Source: Podarcis vaucheri (lineage: Eukaryota). From it: a stretch of 64,000 nt of DNA. Below, piece by piece: positions 12,996 through 23,613 of this stretch. The stretch's first letter is position 1; each line of letters starts with the position of its first letter. The notes below the pieces were generated by a model that was not told the origin of the DNA, ran no database searches, and saw only the letters and a list, made by a program, of their open reading frames with translations. Position numbers and translations under genes: made by a program. Where the stretch lies: assembly GCA_965113315.1 (NCBI GenBank), contig OZ220369.1; one strand, 5' to 3'.

Positions 12996-14588
12996 TCAGA
13001 GGGAGAGGGAGATCTGATGATTCCCATGGCCTGTAGGATGACCACTCAGGAACCAACACACTCATAAAGAAGACCCAAGATGCAGGAATGGGGAAATGGT
13101 TAGATTTATCGAACATAACTGTAGAAGATCTGCAAAACCAAATTATAAAAGTGCAGGGTTTGAATTCATTGCTGGACAAGATGACATTTGGGATCCCCCT
13201 TCCAACTCTACAATTCTATTACTCCCATTGGGCTCTAGTCCCCATGTGGTCTCAAACTCCCTGCCCTTGGGAGAGACCATCTCAAGTATTCTTGCTAAGG
13301 GATGGGGTGGGGGGGGGGCAAATTTGTCCCTGCTGCTGAGCAGGAAGTGTGTTTTAGTGGGCTAGGCTGGGTTGCTCCCCCTTAGTTTTTCCTTTTAAAA
13401 GAATGATTTTGGAAATCTTGGCATCTCCTTCTTGCTGCCATTTTGGCAAAAGAGTATCAGGCTGTCTCCTGTGAACACCAGGAACGAAATATATAAGACG
13501 ATGCATGGAAGAGATAGAGAATATACCTTTTCAGAGCTATCTACACAGGTGTCGTGTTTTGTTCCTTCTGGTCTTGAATCTTTTGTGTGCTGTGCACCTC
13601 AATAGGAATAATGAATTTGGTCTGATGCTGAGCTAGTGATAGCAGCAAACTACAGGACTTCAAGTGGTGATTGTTTAGCCGATGCAGACTGCAGAGTCGG
13701 AATCATTCTGGGAAGGGAGGAATACATTCAAGCGGCTGAATTACCTCTTGCATTGAAGGGAAGGTTATCTGTGTTAGTCAGGGCTGAGGCACAGCTTAAC
13801 AAACTATTACAGAATGGTATCTTTGATTCTAAATTAAATGTCAAGCATAGTTACACAATGGCAAGCTGGCCCAGTTGTCTGGCAAAAAAATGAAAAAGTG
13901 CCCTGCATTGCATAAGTAATGTAAAAGGAAAAGAATGTCTTCTGGAGAAGGCATGAAATGACTGTGTTCTGACTAAAGAAGTGACAGGAGAGGAAAGCCA
14001 CAAATAATGGGCAGAGAGTGGCTAAGAATGTGGGACAGAGAGAAGGGACTCTTGCATTGAAATTGCCGCTCCGTAGTAAAGCTTACCAGGTCTCAGCAGG
14101 CATGATATTCTCAGCATAAGTGACTTCACAGGGTTGTTGCAAGAAGAAAAATGAGGGAGGGGAAAACCTACAGACCAGTCACATTTTACACAGACTTCAC
14201 TAACAGAACTGCAACTCTGAGTGCTTGACCAAAAAGAGAGAGAAAAGAATAAAATGAATAAAAGTGGGTGGGACAACATTGCTTGCTGGGGTGTTTCCCT
14301 TCACAACCTTGCCTGCCAGGGTTTTTTTTCAGAGTTTTTAAGCTCTCCAACTTGCTTTCTAGGCTCCGGGAGGCTCTTGTGAGAGACCACACAGCCCCAA
14401 TCATGGGGAATCTTCAGCAGAGGGGGTGGTTCCTGGGGTAGTTTGGCTTTGCATCATTTTGCTTTTTACGTGCAAACCCCCAGAAAGTAACACACATGTA
14501 AGTAACCCTGAGATGGCAGAGGCAGAGCAGGGTGGTTTAGGTGGCAGTGACAGCAGCAACAAGGCTGGGCGGCCACCCCTGTCTAAAT

Positions 14589-14678
14589 CATAGCTGTCAA
14601 CGTTTTCCTTTTTTTAAGGGAAATTCCCTTATGCCAAATAGGATTCCTCACAAGAAAAGGGAAAAATTGACAGCTATG
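14589..14678. mobile_element. 90-bp hAT-type MITE
   Basis: TIR CATAGCTGTCAA / TTGACAGCTATG; perfect 8-bp TSD gtctaaat (14581-88, 14679-86). Confidence 0.88.
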
Positions 14679-15350
14679 GTCTAAATACATATCTAAATCC
14701 CCTCCCCCAAGTCAACAGCATACAAGATTTGTGGCTTAATGGGTTGCCTCCATTTTTGTATTTATTATATATCTTGTATTTTTTTATATTGTAGTTCTAT
14801 GAACCACACTGAGATCTACGAGTATAGGGCGGTATTCAAATTTAAATAGTAGTAGTAGTAATCATTATTATCATCATCTTCAATATCTTCATACACACCT
14901 GCAGTTTGATCTTCATCTGCTGAAGTTATAGCTCTTTTGTTTTTGTTTTTTCTACTTTTTTTTTTTTTGGTCTTCCAAACAAAGACAGATGGATACTGCG
15001 GTTCCCAGTCCATCTCAATGCCCTAGAGGAAAATGTCCTGCTGGTTCCTTGAAAAGTACTGCTCTGAAAAAGAACAGATTTATGGAGGTGTCAGAGATGT
15101 TGTGTGCTTCTTTCCCATAATTCAGTGCTTCTGTACTAGAAAGAAGAGCTTTTTTCTTTAAAAAATAATAATAATGAAAAGTTGAAATGGCTCTCTTGTA
15201 TGCACACAGTGCATACAGAATGTCCAGGTGCCAACTAGTGATATTTGACACATTAGTTATTTACTAGAAGGATGACTACACCAAAAAAAATGAGATATTT
15301 AACACTCAACACACTAAATTGCACCATGATTCAGATTCTAAGTTTGAGAA

Positions 15351-15486
15351 AAGGGTTTCAGAACCTGTAGCTCTCCAGATGTGGATGAACTCCAGTTCCC
15401 ATCAGCCCTAGCCATTAGGGTCAATGGTAAGGGATGATGGGAGCAGAGCCCAGCAACATCTGAAGGCCACAGTTTTCCCATTCCTG
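15351..15486. mobile_element. Old palindromic hAT MITE (ACTACAACTCCC family)
   Basis: Imperfect palindrome; 8-bp TSD tttgagaa / ttttagaa. Confidence 0.7.
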
Positions 15487-15501
15487 TTTTAGAATCCACA
15501 G

Positions 15502-15637
15502 CAGGCATCCCCAAACTCAGCCCTCCAACTGTTTTTGGACTACAACTCCCATCATCCCTACCTAACAGGACCAGTGGTCAGGGATGATGGGAATTGTAGT
15601 CCCAAAACAGCTGGAGGGCTGAGTTTGGGGATGCCTG
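15502..15637. mobile_element. Young palindromic hAT-type MITE (ACTACAACTCCC family)
   Basis: CAGGCATCCCCAAACTCAGCCCTCCA ... TGGAGGGCTGAGTTTGGGGATGCCTG near-perfect fold-back. Confidence 0.85.
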
Positions 15638-15873
15638 CTGTGGATACTAAAACAAGTATGCTGTGAGTGTTGAATTTTCAATTGAGTAAATAGGATGGAG
15701 AAAACAAAGGTAAAGATGGCTCATTGGCTTTTGCTGTCATGAAGACTCTTTGCTCTGCATGGGGACAGCCCCTTTCCTTCCTGGTTTCCCTACTTATTTA
15801 TTTACTGCTTAATAGATTAAAATATCTCCAAATAGTGTACAACAAGCTAAAACAACAACAAATTACACAGTAA

Positions 15874-15874
<1 letters not shown>

Positions 15875-15921
<47 letters not shown>

Positions 15922-16086
15922 CATACCGCCCTTCATCTGAGAATCACAGGGCAGTTTACAATATAAGAACACAAAAATACATAACACAGTAACTTACAAA
16001 ATCAATATGCACCCATTTAAAAAGGCAATAGATTGTTTAATTAGCCAAAGGCCTGGGAGAAGAGAAATGTTTTTGTCTGACGCCTA
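15875..16086 (-). mobile_element. L2-type LINE 3' tail, cut by the Penelope insertion
   Basis: (TTA)n tract, TACCGCCCTTCATC..CAGGGCAG stem-loop end, A-rich UTR. Confidence 0.65.
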
Positions 16087-17812
16087 TATATATTATCCCC
16101 AGAGAAAAATCTTCCCCAGAGAAAAATCTTCCAGATGCCCCAAACTCTACGGTCTCCCCAAGATACACAAAGAAGGAACACCACTCAGACCAATAGTCAG
16201 CTCCATAGGCTCACCTCTACAAAATCTCGCTAAATTTCTCGCTAAGCAACTTCAGCCCTATGCAGAATCCATCGCTTCACACGTTACTAACTCCTTCCAG
16301 TTCATAGAAACAATAAAGAAGCAATACCTACATCCCGATGACCTACTTGTGAGCTTCGATGTTGTATCTCTCTTCACTCAAGTGCCCATTAATGAAGCCT
16401 TGACAGCCATTCAAAACAAATACAACCCCCCCAAATACATCCTGGACCTGACCAACCACTGCCTAACCAACACGTACTTCATCCACAATGGACAAAGATA
16501 CAAACAGATAGAAGGAGCACCTATGGGATCACCCCTCTCACCGGTCATCGCAAATTTGTACATGGAACACTTTGAAACCAATGCTTTAGACAAGTCAGAA
16601 CACAAACCCAAACTTTGGCTCAGATATGTTGACGACACCTTTGTAATTTGGCCACACGGGAAAGAAAAACTAGATAGCTTCCTCACACATCTCAACAGCC
16701 TACACCCCAAAATACAATTCACTATGGAAATAGAAGACAACAACCAACTCCCCTTTCTTGACGTCCTAATCTACAAAAAACCTGATGGCTCCCTAGGACA
16801 CACTATCTACCAGAAAAAAACACACACCAACCGCTACTTACATGCACAATCACACCACCACCCTGCACAAATAAACTCCGTAGCCAAGACTCTCATCTCC
16901 AGAACCAAACGCCTGGCTGACAAAGACCACTTGACAACTGAGTTACAGAATCTCTCAAATGTGTTAATCGCCAATGGATACCAGAAAAACAGGGTTACGA
17001 AGCTAATCCAAAAAGAAACACCCCCCAAAAACCAAGACACAGAAGAAAACAATGGCATGGCCCTCCTTCCTTATATCAAGGGCACTACAGACAAAATCAG
17101 CAAAATCCTCCATAAACACAATATCAAAACAGCCTTCTGCACCAACCAAAAAATAGCCAATATCCTCAGAAACCCAAAAGACAAAATCCAGCTGGAAAAC
17201 CAAGGGGTCTATGAAATACCCTGCAAAGTCTGCCCAGCCACGTACATTGGACAAACAAACAGACGAATAAATACACGTATCGCAGAACACAAGAATGCCG
17301 TCAAAAAAGAAGAAAAAACTTCCTCTCTTTTCCAACACATGAAAGAAACAGGACACGAAATTAATTTTGCAGATTCCAAATTGCTCTTTAACATGGAACA
17401 TCACCACAAGAGAATAATCATGGAAGCCATCGAGATAGAGAAACACCCTCACAACATGAACAAGCGTGACGACACGTCCCGCCTGCCAGACATCTGGAAA
17501 TTAGCCCTCCCCACAAAAACCGACACCAGAACCAGAGGCACACAGAACGCCGTCACCAATCAACCACACCAGACCCAAACCCAGACCCTCTCCACAGACA
17601 TATTACAGACTCCATCCAGTAGCCAAACTATAGTGGCACCTCCGGATGCTGCACCCCCCTGCAATCCCTACACAGATCTGGCTGGCACAAGGCACAAAAC
17701 CACAGCTCGCCCCTATACACGAAGCCAAGCCAGAGCACAACTAAATGCAGCACAGCCATCTTCTCAGAAAAACTCTTCACAAGCTCAAGAGGTCAAGACA
17801 CAAAAGCTTTAG
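16007..17812 (+). CDS. Penelope-like element polyprotein (reverse transcriptase + GIY-YIG endonuclease), 5'-truncated; real homology starts ~16115 (PREKSS...), first ~36 codons are flanking DNA
   Basis: PLE RT motifs LYGLPKIHK, PLRPIVS, LVSFDVVSLFTQVP, GAPMGSPLSP, WLRYVDDTF, LPFLDV; His motif HAQSHHHP; GIY-YIG domain GVYEIPCKVCPATYIGQT..R..EH with EAIEI and MNKRD; no internal stops or frameshifts. Confidence 0.95.
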   Translation: MHPFKKAIDCLISQRPGRREMFLSDAYIYYPQRKIFPREKSSRCPKLYGLPKIHKEGTPLRPIVSSIGSPLQNLAKFLAKQLQPYAESIASHVTNSFQFIETIKKQYLHPDDLLVSFDVVSLFTQVPINEALTAIQNKYNPPKYILDLTNHCLTNTYFIHNGQRYKQIEGAPMGSPLSPVIANLYMEHFETNALDKSEHKPKLWLRYVDDTFVIWPHGKEKLDSFLTHLNSLHPKIQFTMEIEDNNQLPFLDVLIYKKPDGSLGHTIYQKKTHTNRYLHAQSHHHPAQINSVAKTLISRTKRLADKDHLTTELQNLSNVLIANGYQKNRVTKLIQKETPPKNQDTEENNGMALLPYIKGTTDKISKILHKHNIKTAFCTNQKIANILRNPKDKIQLENQGVYEIPCKVCPATYIGQTNRRINTRIAEHKNAVKKEEKTSSLFQHMKETGHEINFADSKLLFNMEHHHKRIIMEAIEIEKHPHNMNKRDDTSRLPDIWKLALPTKTDTRTRGTQNAVTNQPHQTQTQTLSTDILQTPSSSQTIVAPPDAAPPCNPYTDLAGTRHKTTARPYTRSQARAQLNAAQPSSQKNSSQAQEVKTQKL

Positions 17813-18163
17813 CAACTAATCTACACTTAATGACCCACCCAGTGGTATTCAGAATATCACTCATGAAATCACTCAAGATATCCCTCAAGTAATTAAGGAA
17901 CAAAAGAAGAAGAGGCACACTAATCTAGGAACTTCCTCTCTGCCCAGAACGTTGGAGGCTATACACCACACCCCTCAACAGTATTTATAGGAACTCAAAC
18001 ACCAGATTCTGCTCTGTTCCAGTAACAAGAAGCCGAAAGCACCAGCCTGAAGATGACGAGTGAGACCTCGTCGAAACGTCGCACAGACACCCCGACTCTT
18101 ACACGGGAAGACACCCGAAGACACCAAAACCTGCATTCCTGTACCCGTGAAAATCTACGAAAG

Positions 18164-18168
<5 letters not shown>
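16096..18168 (+). mobile_element. Penelope-like retrotransposon (probably Penelope/Poseidon group), 5'-truncated, inserted at a (TA)n tract
   Basis: ORF above, then a non-coding 3' region with TATA-like TATTTATA (17982-17989) and hammerhead motif; (TA)n on both sides (16085-16094, 18168-18194). Confidence 0.92.
18045..18087 (+). ncRNA. Minimal type I hammerhead ribozyme motif of the PLE 3' repeat
   Basis: CUGAAGA (18047-53), U, stem II GACGAG/CUCGUC (18055-60/18067-72), GAAA (18073-76), palindromic ACGU stem III and GUC triplet (predicted cut after 18080). Confidence 0.85.
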
Positions 18169-18197
<29 letters not shown>

Positions 18198-19122
18198 CCT
18201 TTAATACAAGTTACTAGCAAATGACTATTAATATAATTTATTTCTTCTGACACACTTCCCCACCCAACCCCTCTCAGATTCCTGATTCTCATTCAGGATT
18301 ATACCTATCCACCCCAACTCTGTTTGGACCCAAAGCAAAACTCACAGATCACTCCCAAAATCTCTCAACAAAGAGGGTTTATGGGTTTAATGGCGCTTCC
18401 TCAGGCTGCCCACAGCCATGTTCCAATCAGCACTCAAATCAGCTGTACTGCACACACCCAGTTCCAGGCTACAGCAGGTTTGGGCTGGTGGGTTCCCTGG
18501 GTGGGGGAGAGACAGTCCAATGGGTGGCAGATAGGACACCCCTCCACCCACAGTTCTTTCTCTGGCCTCTGTACACTGTACATTTATTCTTCCAGCTTCA
18601 ATCTTCTAGTGACACAACTACACACAATTTTAGGTGTAATTTGAATAAAAGACAGATCCCTCCTTCAAGCATCTTAAAATAATAGAACTGGTGCTGCTGC
18701 CAATACTCAAAATTAGTCAAATTTTAATAATTCCCAGATGTATAATGAGCCCTGACTTCAAGTCAATGAATTTTAATATTTTTGTCATTCAAAAAGAGAT
18801 TGATTATGAGTTAATCAGTAGAAGAACATAAAATATAAATTACGACCAGGATGGAAGGAGTCTTTGAAAACCTTGTATTAAAATGCCTAGGCAGACTGGT
18901 ATGAACAACTTGCCAAGATGTCTCCTTGGCATAGCTCAGCTCAGTCTTAGAGGAAAAGGTGAGTGTGAGCTTGAATCCCCACTGAGGCCACCTACAAGCC
19001 TGTGGATTGTACCATACCTTTGCCACCATGGACCACAGCTGGACTCATGGGCATGTCCTGCCATCCCACACCTCAACTGAGGCAGATCATACATTCTCAT
19101 AATGCTTCTACTGTTGATGTTA

Positions 19123-19371
19123 CAGTGGTACCTCTGGTTCCGGACACGATCCATTCCGGGGTGCCATTCGCACCCCAAAAAGTCCATAAACAGAGTGGCG
19201 CTTCTGCGCATGTGCGAAGTGCGATAGAGCGCTTCTGTGCATGTGTGAACAGCACAGAACACTTCTGCACGTGTACACATGGCAAAAGCCGGAAATAAAC
19301 ACTTCTGGGTTTGCCGCGTTCTTAACCTGAAAGAACGCAACATGAAGCGTTCGCAAGAAGAGGTATGACTG
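19123..19371. mobile_element. Related TA-target MITE with a different interior
   Basis: TA-CAGTGGTACCTC ... GAGGTATGACTG-CA; internal CTTCTGCGCATGTG-like repeats. Confidence 0.75.
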
Positions 19372-19469
19372 CATTCCATGCCTATCTACAATGATCCTTC
19401 TGCCATAGGACTTAACAGAAAACAAGCAATGAGCAAAACCACTGAGCTCAACCTATTTACAAGTAAGAC

Positions 19470-19640
19470 CAAAGATCTTTGGTAGAGCATCTACTTTGTA
19501 TACAGAAGGTCCCATTTCATTCCCCGGCATCTCTAGGTAGGCCTGGAAAAGTCTTCTCCTCTGACAGTTAGGATAGACAATACTGAGCTAGATGGACCAA
19601 TTGTCTGGCTCAATACAGGACAGCTTATTGCGTTCCTATG
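19470..19640 (+). mobile_element. tRNA-derived SINE, decayed
   Basis: TGGTAGAGCAT...CCCGGCATCTC...GAGCTAGATGGACCAAT, same family as 35489. Confidence 0.65.
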
Positions 19641-22600
19641 ACTTAATATCCCCAGATCTCACGGCAAAGACGGCAAAGCTGTTGGAATTTTGTAGCATAT
19701 GGATTTTAAAGCCTCTATTAATTTGCACTGGTTTTTAAAATGATGAAAACATTTAACACACCTGTCATTTATCACACATTGTGCTATTAACACATTCAGC
19801 TAAATACTAATTAATTAGTAGTGGCTTTCTTCAAAAAACAGCTGGGTTGGTTAGCCATGGACAATGGGTCCCTGAGTCTTCATTAACTTTCATTGCTGTC
19901 TCTGATGGATTTGTTCTCACAATTCATAGATGACAAACCTCCTCTCGCCTCCTCTCTCCTTAAGAAATAACTTCTTGTTCAACAAGGATGTGCAAGCAGA
20001 TGTTGATCTGTTGCTGACTCGTCTGCTCGTGCTTTCTAATTGAAGCCACATAGCTGTGAATATTTTTACAAGCCTAAGGTTGGTTATTCAGTTTCCTGGA
20101 GAGAAAAAAAATGTTAATAGCCCTGCTCTTTCACCCCATTTATTCTGGACACTTGAGAAGAAGAAAAGGTTGCAGTGCTAAGATTTGCCATGCATGGTTT
20201 CAGCTGTTTCCTATTTCCTCTGAGTATTATAGAGTTCACCTTGGGGTGTACTTGAATTTGCCTAATTGGCTAAGGGCAAGGCAAAACCACAGGCTTAAAC
20301 TAGTTGAAGTGTCACCACTGGGGATTGTAAGAATGTGGGCAGCTCTCTGATCACTACTGCCCATACTGGCAGGCAGCACCTACCCTGGGTGTCAAGCACA
20401 GAGTATTTCCAGCCCTACCTGAAGATGCCAAGAATTAAACTTGATACCTTTTGTATATAAAGCAGATTCTTTACCACTGAGCCATAGCCCTTTGAGGCAA
20501 CTTGGAAGATGCAGGAAAAAAATCGAGCAAACTAATAGCTCCAGAATTCCTTGGGGAAGCCATGGTAGTCAAACATTTAAATAGGCAGTGTAGACACGTT
20601 ATTTAAGAGCTTACAGCCATGCTGGATCCGAAGAAATGCCAATCCTGCCCAACATCCTGGTTCCTACAGTCCTTATGGAGAACCCACAGGCACAGAATGA
20701 GTATAATCCCTCTCCCTCATTTGATTTAAATCAGTAGGTCAAACAACTGAAGTTTTAATTACAGATAGAACTCTTCCTACCAATCAGGGAGAATGAGATT
20801 CAAGGGCATTCCACCGTGCAGATAAGCATCATGAAGCTACCTCTCTTCCCCATTACAAATCTGATTCCCTTCTTTCTGCATTCTGGACTCAAAACAAGTA
20901 GGGTTTGTTTGTTTGTTGAATTTCAGAGTGCAAGTACTTTATTTATTTATCAGTCAATCACTTAATTGTCACAACCTCTGAGCGGTTTCCACAAAACAGA
21001 AAATATGCATTAATATTGACGATAAAATCAGAGGTCAAAAACAGATCAGCTTAAAATTGTTCAAAATAAAATCAGCACTTTTAAGAATATACACTATAAA
21101 ATAAAAATACCTATTGAAATGTGTGCCAAAGGTCCGTGTCCAAGGAATCTTGCTTAAACAGCGAAATTTTTAGCTGGTGCAGAAAACAGCACAGCTAAGT
21201 TACCCATTACAAAGCATATGTGCTGCCCCACTGAAAGATGGATTCCTTGCAACTGTGGAATGAACATTATAGGGCATTATGATCTCCCTTCTACCAAGTA
21301 ACAACCATTGGCCTTTAGTGCACAGCTGAATCAAAGTAACAGCCCTCTTTAGGTATTTGTCTACAGTGCACATAGAAAGGGGAGAAGAGGGAGAAGCAGG
21401 CTAGCTTTTTCCTGCCACTGTCCCCATCACTCTCCATGTGACGAAGGCTGCAAGTCTGCATCTGAAAGCTCCTATAAACATGGAGGTTCCCTATGTGGTG
21501 TAGAAACCTGATTTTCCAGGGATCTGCATCATGTGGGGAGCCTACACAAATATAGCGGGCCATCCACTGCAGACAATCAGGGAACCAGCAGTAGTTGTCA
21601 GCAATGCAGCTTACCTGACCTCACATCGCCAGCGTTCCTGCCAGAAGGGGAAGGGGTGAGGTGGCAATGAGGGTGGCACAGTAAAAATGCACCTGTAGAG
21701 CCCACCTGGTGGTCCCATTTGCAATGCACTGACCTCGTCATCACTTCAACCCTGTTCTATACCCCCCCTGCAGTGATGTTGTTGATGGAGGGTCAGGTAA
21801 CTGCCCCCCACCTACCACTGAGTGGTGTGAGGAAAGCTATCATGCTCACCAGTGCTCCCCCTCTTTGAGTGTTCACTGAATACAAATGCTCAAAGAGAGG
21901 TGTAATGTTCCTTATAGCCATACCTTCCAGGATGCTGATGGGGTTTGAACTTGTTCTTGAGCAATAGCCCATTTCCAATAGTTTCATTCTTTCTAATATC
22001 TCAGAAGCCAAACTTGACAAAGTACAAAGCACATTGGAGCTAGCTCCAAGCTATGCTGGGTAGTTATCTCCTGCTGAAGTGGTTTTGATAACATGCAAAT
22101 TTATTTAGATTTAATTGGCTAATCAATTAGAAGCTGGATGGTTAATGAACTAAGAGTCTTTAGTCAATCAATAGGCCTAATTACATTGTCTCTCTTTATC
22201 CATTACCTGCCCTCACTGAATTAAGTAATATTTCAAAAGGTGCTTTGAGAAACCGAGGTCATCAGCCACATGGTGCTGCATAAATCGAAAGCAGTATTTC
22301 ATTACATCAATATCTGCTTTCGTTCTGGGGGGAAATATAATGATGTTTTTGGAACCTAATAGAGTCCAGTCTTTACAGAGGACAGACTTTATTCCCTGTT
22401 AGGTTCAGACCTTTCAGCAGTTCCCTTGGTAATAATTTCTGACATTGGAAATAGCTCCTAGGTATTTATATAGTTAATCCTGTTTCTGCCAATAGCCTTG
22501 GCTGCCGAGACAATTTTGTAAGAAAATGTTCAGCAGTTTGTTCAAGACCTTGTATGCTGGCAACATTGATACATTTTTATTCCTTCCCAAATTTTGTGAC

Positions 22601-23318
22601 ATGGCCGATCACTGATTTACGTCAGAGGAAGTGATTGTCTCAGGTGTTATAAGGATGGAGTCATTTTAGTCAAGCCCCCAGGCCTGTGCTCAACCATTTT
22701 CTTTGGGCAGAAACACTACAGGTATATCAGTATTCTACTGGGATGTAGTTTTTTAATTTATATGTCTATACAGAATCCAGCCATTCTCACCTGAGAGCGA
22801 CTCATATTTGTCCCCATCAGCCTACACTCAATCCCTCACCCTAACAAACAAAAACACGCAACTCTGCCACATCTGTTTCACCAATCGATTCAAAGTCAGG
22901 CAACATTTACACAAGCATAATGAAGTAATAGAGTTCTAACATGAAAGAATGGACTGTACCACTTTAGGCTGTCATTGCCAGAATGCATTCCTAAATGCTC
23001 CCCTGGGCAAACAATAACAACAACAACAAAAACACCTCTCACCAGGAAGAGAAGCTTAATGCTTCACTTTTCAGCTGTTTCTAGCTGCTGCTTTCAAGCT
23101 TGTTTTTCAGGGCTAGGGATTGAGAGAAAATTGATTCAGATCACATTTAATGGCACCTCATCACCCTTTTTTAAAACAATCTGAAATGGAGCCATCCTTC
23201 AAAATTTGCACTTTTCTGAATTTTGCAGTGCAGTGCAAAATTTTTCAGGGGTGGTGAGGAAGTGCCTCTTTAGACCTAATGGACCAGCCATTGCTCCTTT
23301 AAAGTTTGACCCATGTTG

Positions 23319-23613
23319 TACTGAAATCTGTTGACTTACCACAGGTAAGATTTTTATTTTATTTTATTTTAAAAATATTTAATCTGTTGATGTGTAAACC
23401 TGCCTTTAGTGATGGGATTAGATGGCTTCTTTGGGGCCCATCAAAACACGTTTCTCACTAACTACTGAAATCTGTTGACTTACCACAGGTATTGGAGATT
23501 TTTATTTTATTTTATTTTAAAAATATTTAATCTGTTGATGTGTAAACCTGCCTTTAGTGATGGGATTAAACGGCTTCTTTGGGGCCCATCAAAACATGTT
23601 TCTCACTAACTAC
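23319..23613. repeat. Local tandem duplication, ~144-149 bp unit x2
   Basis: Units start 23319 and 23463 (tactgaaatctgttgacttaccacagg...); few substitutions and one 5-bp indel. Confidence 0.95.
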
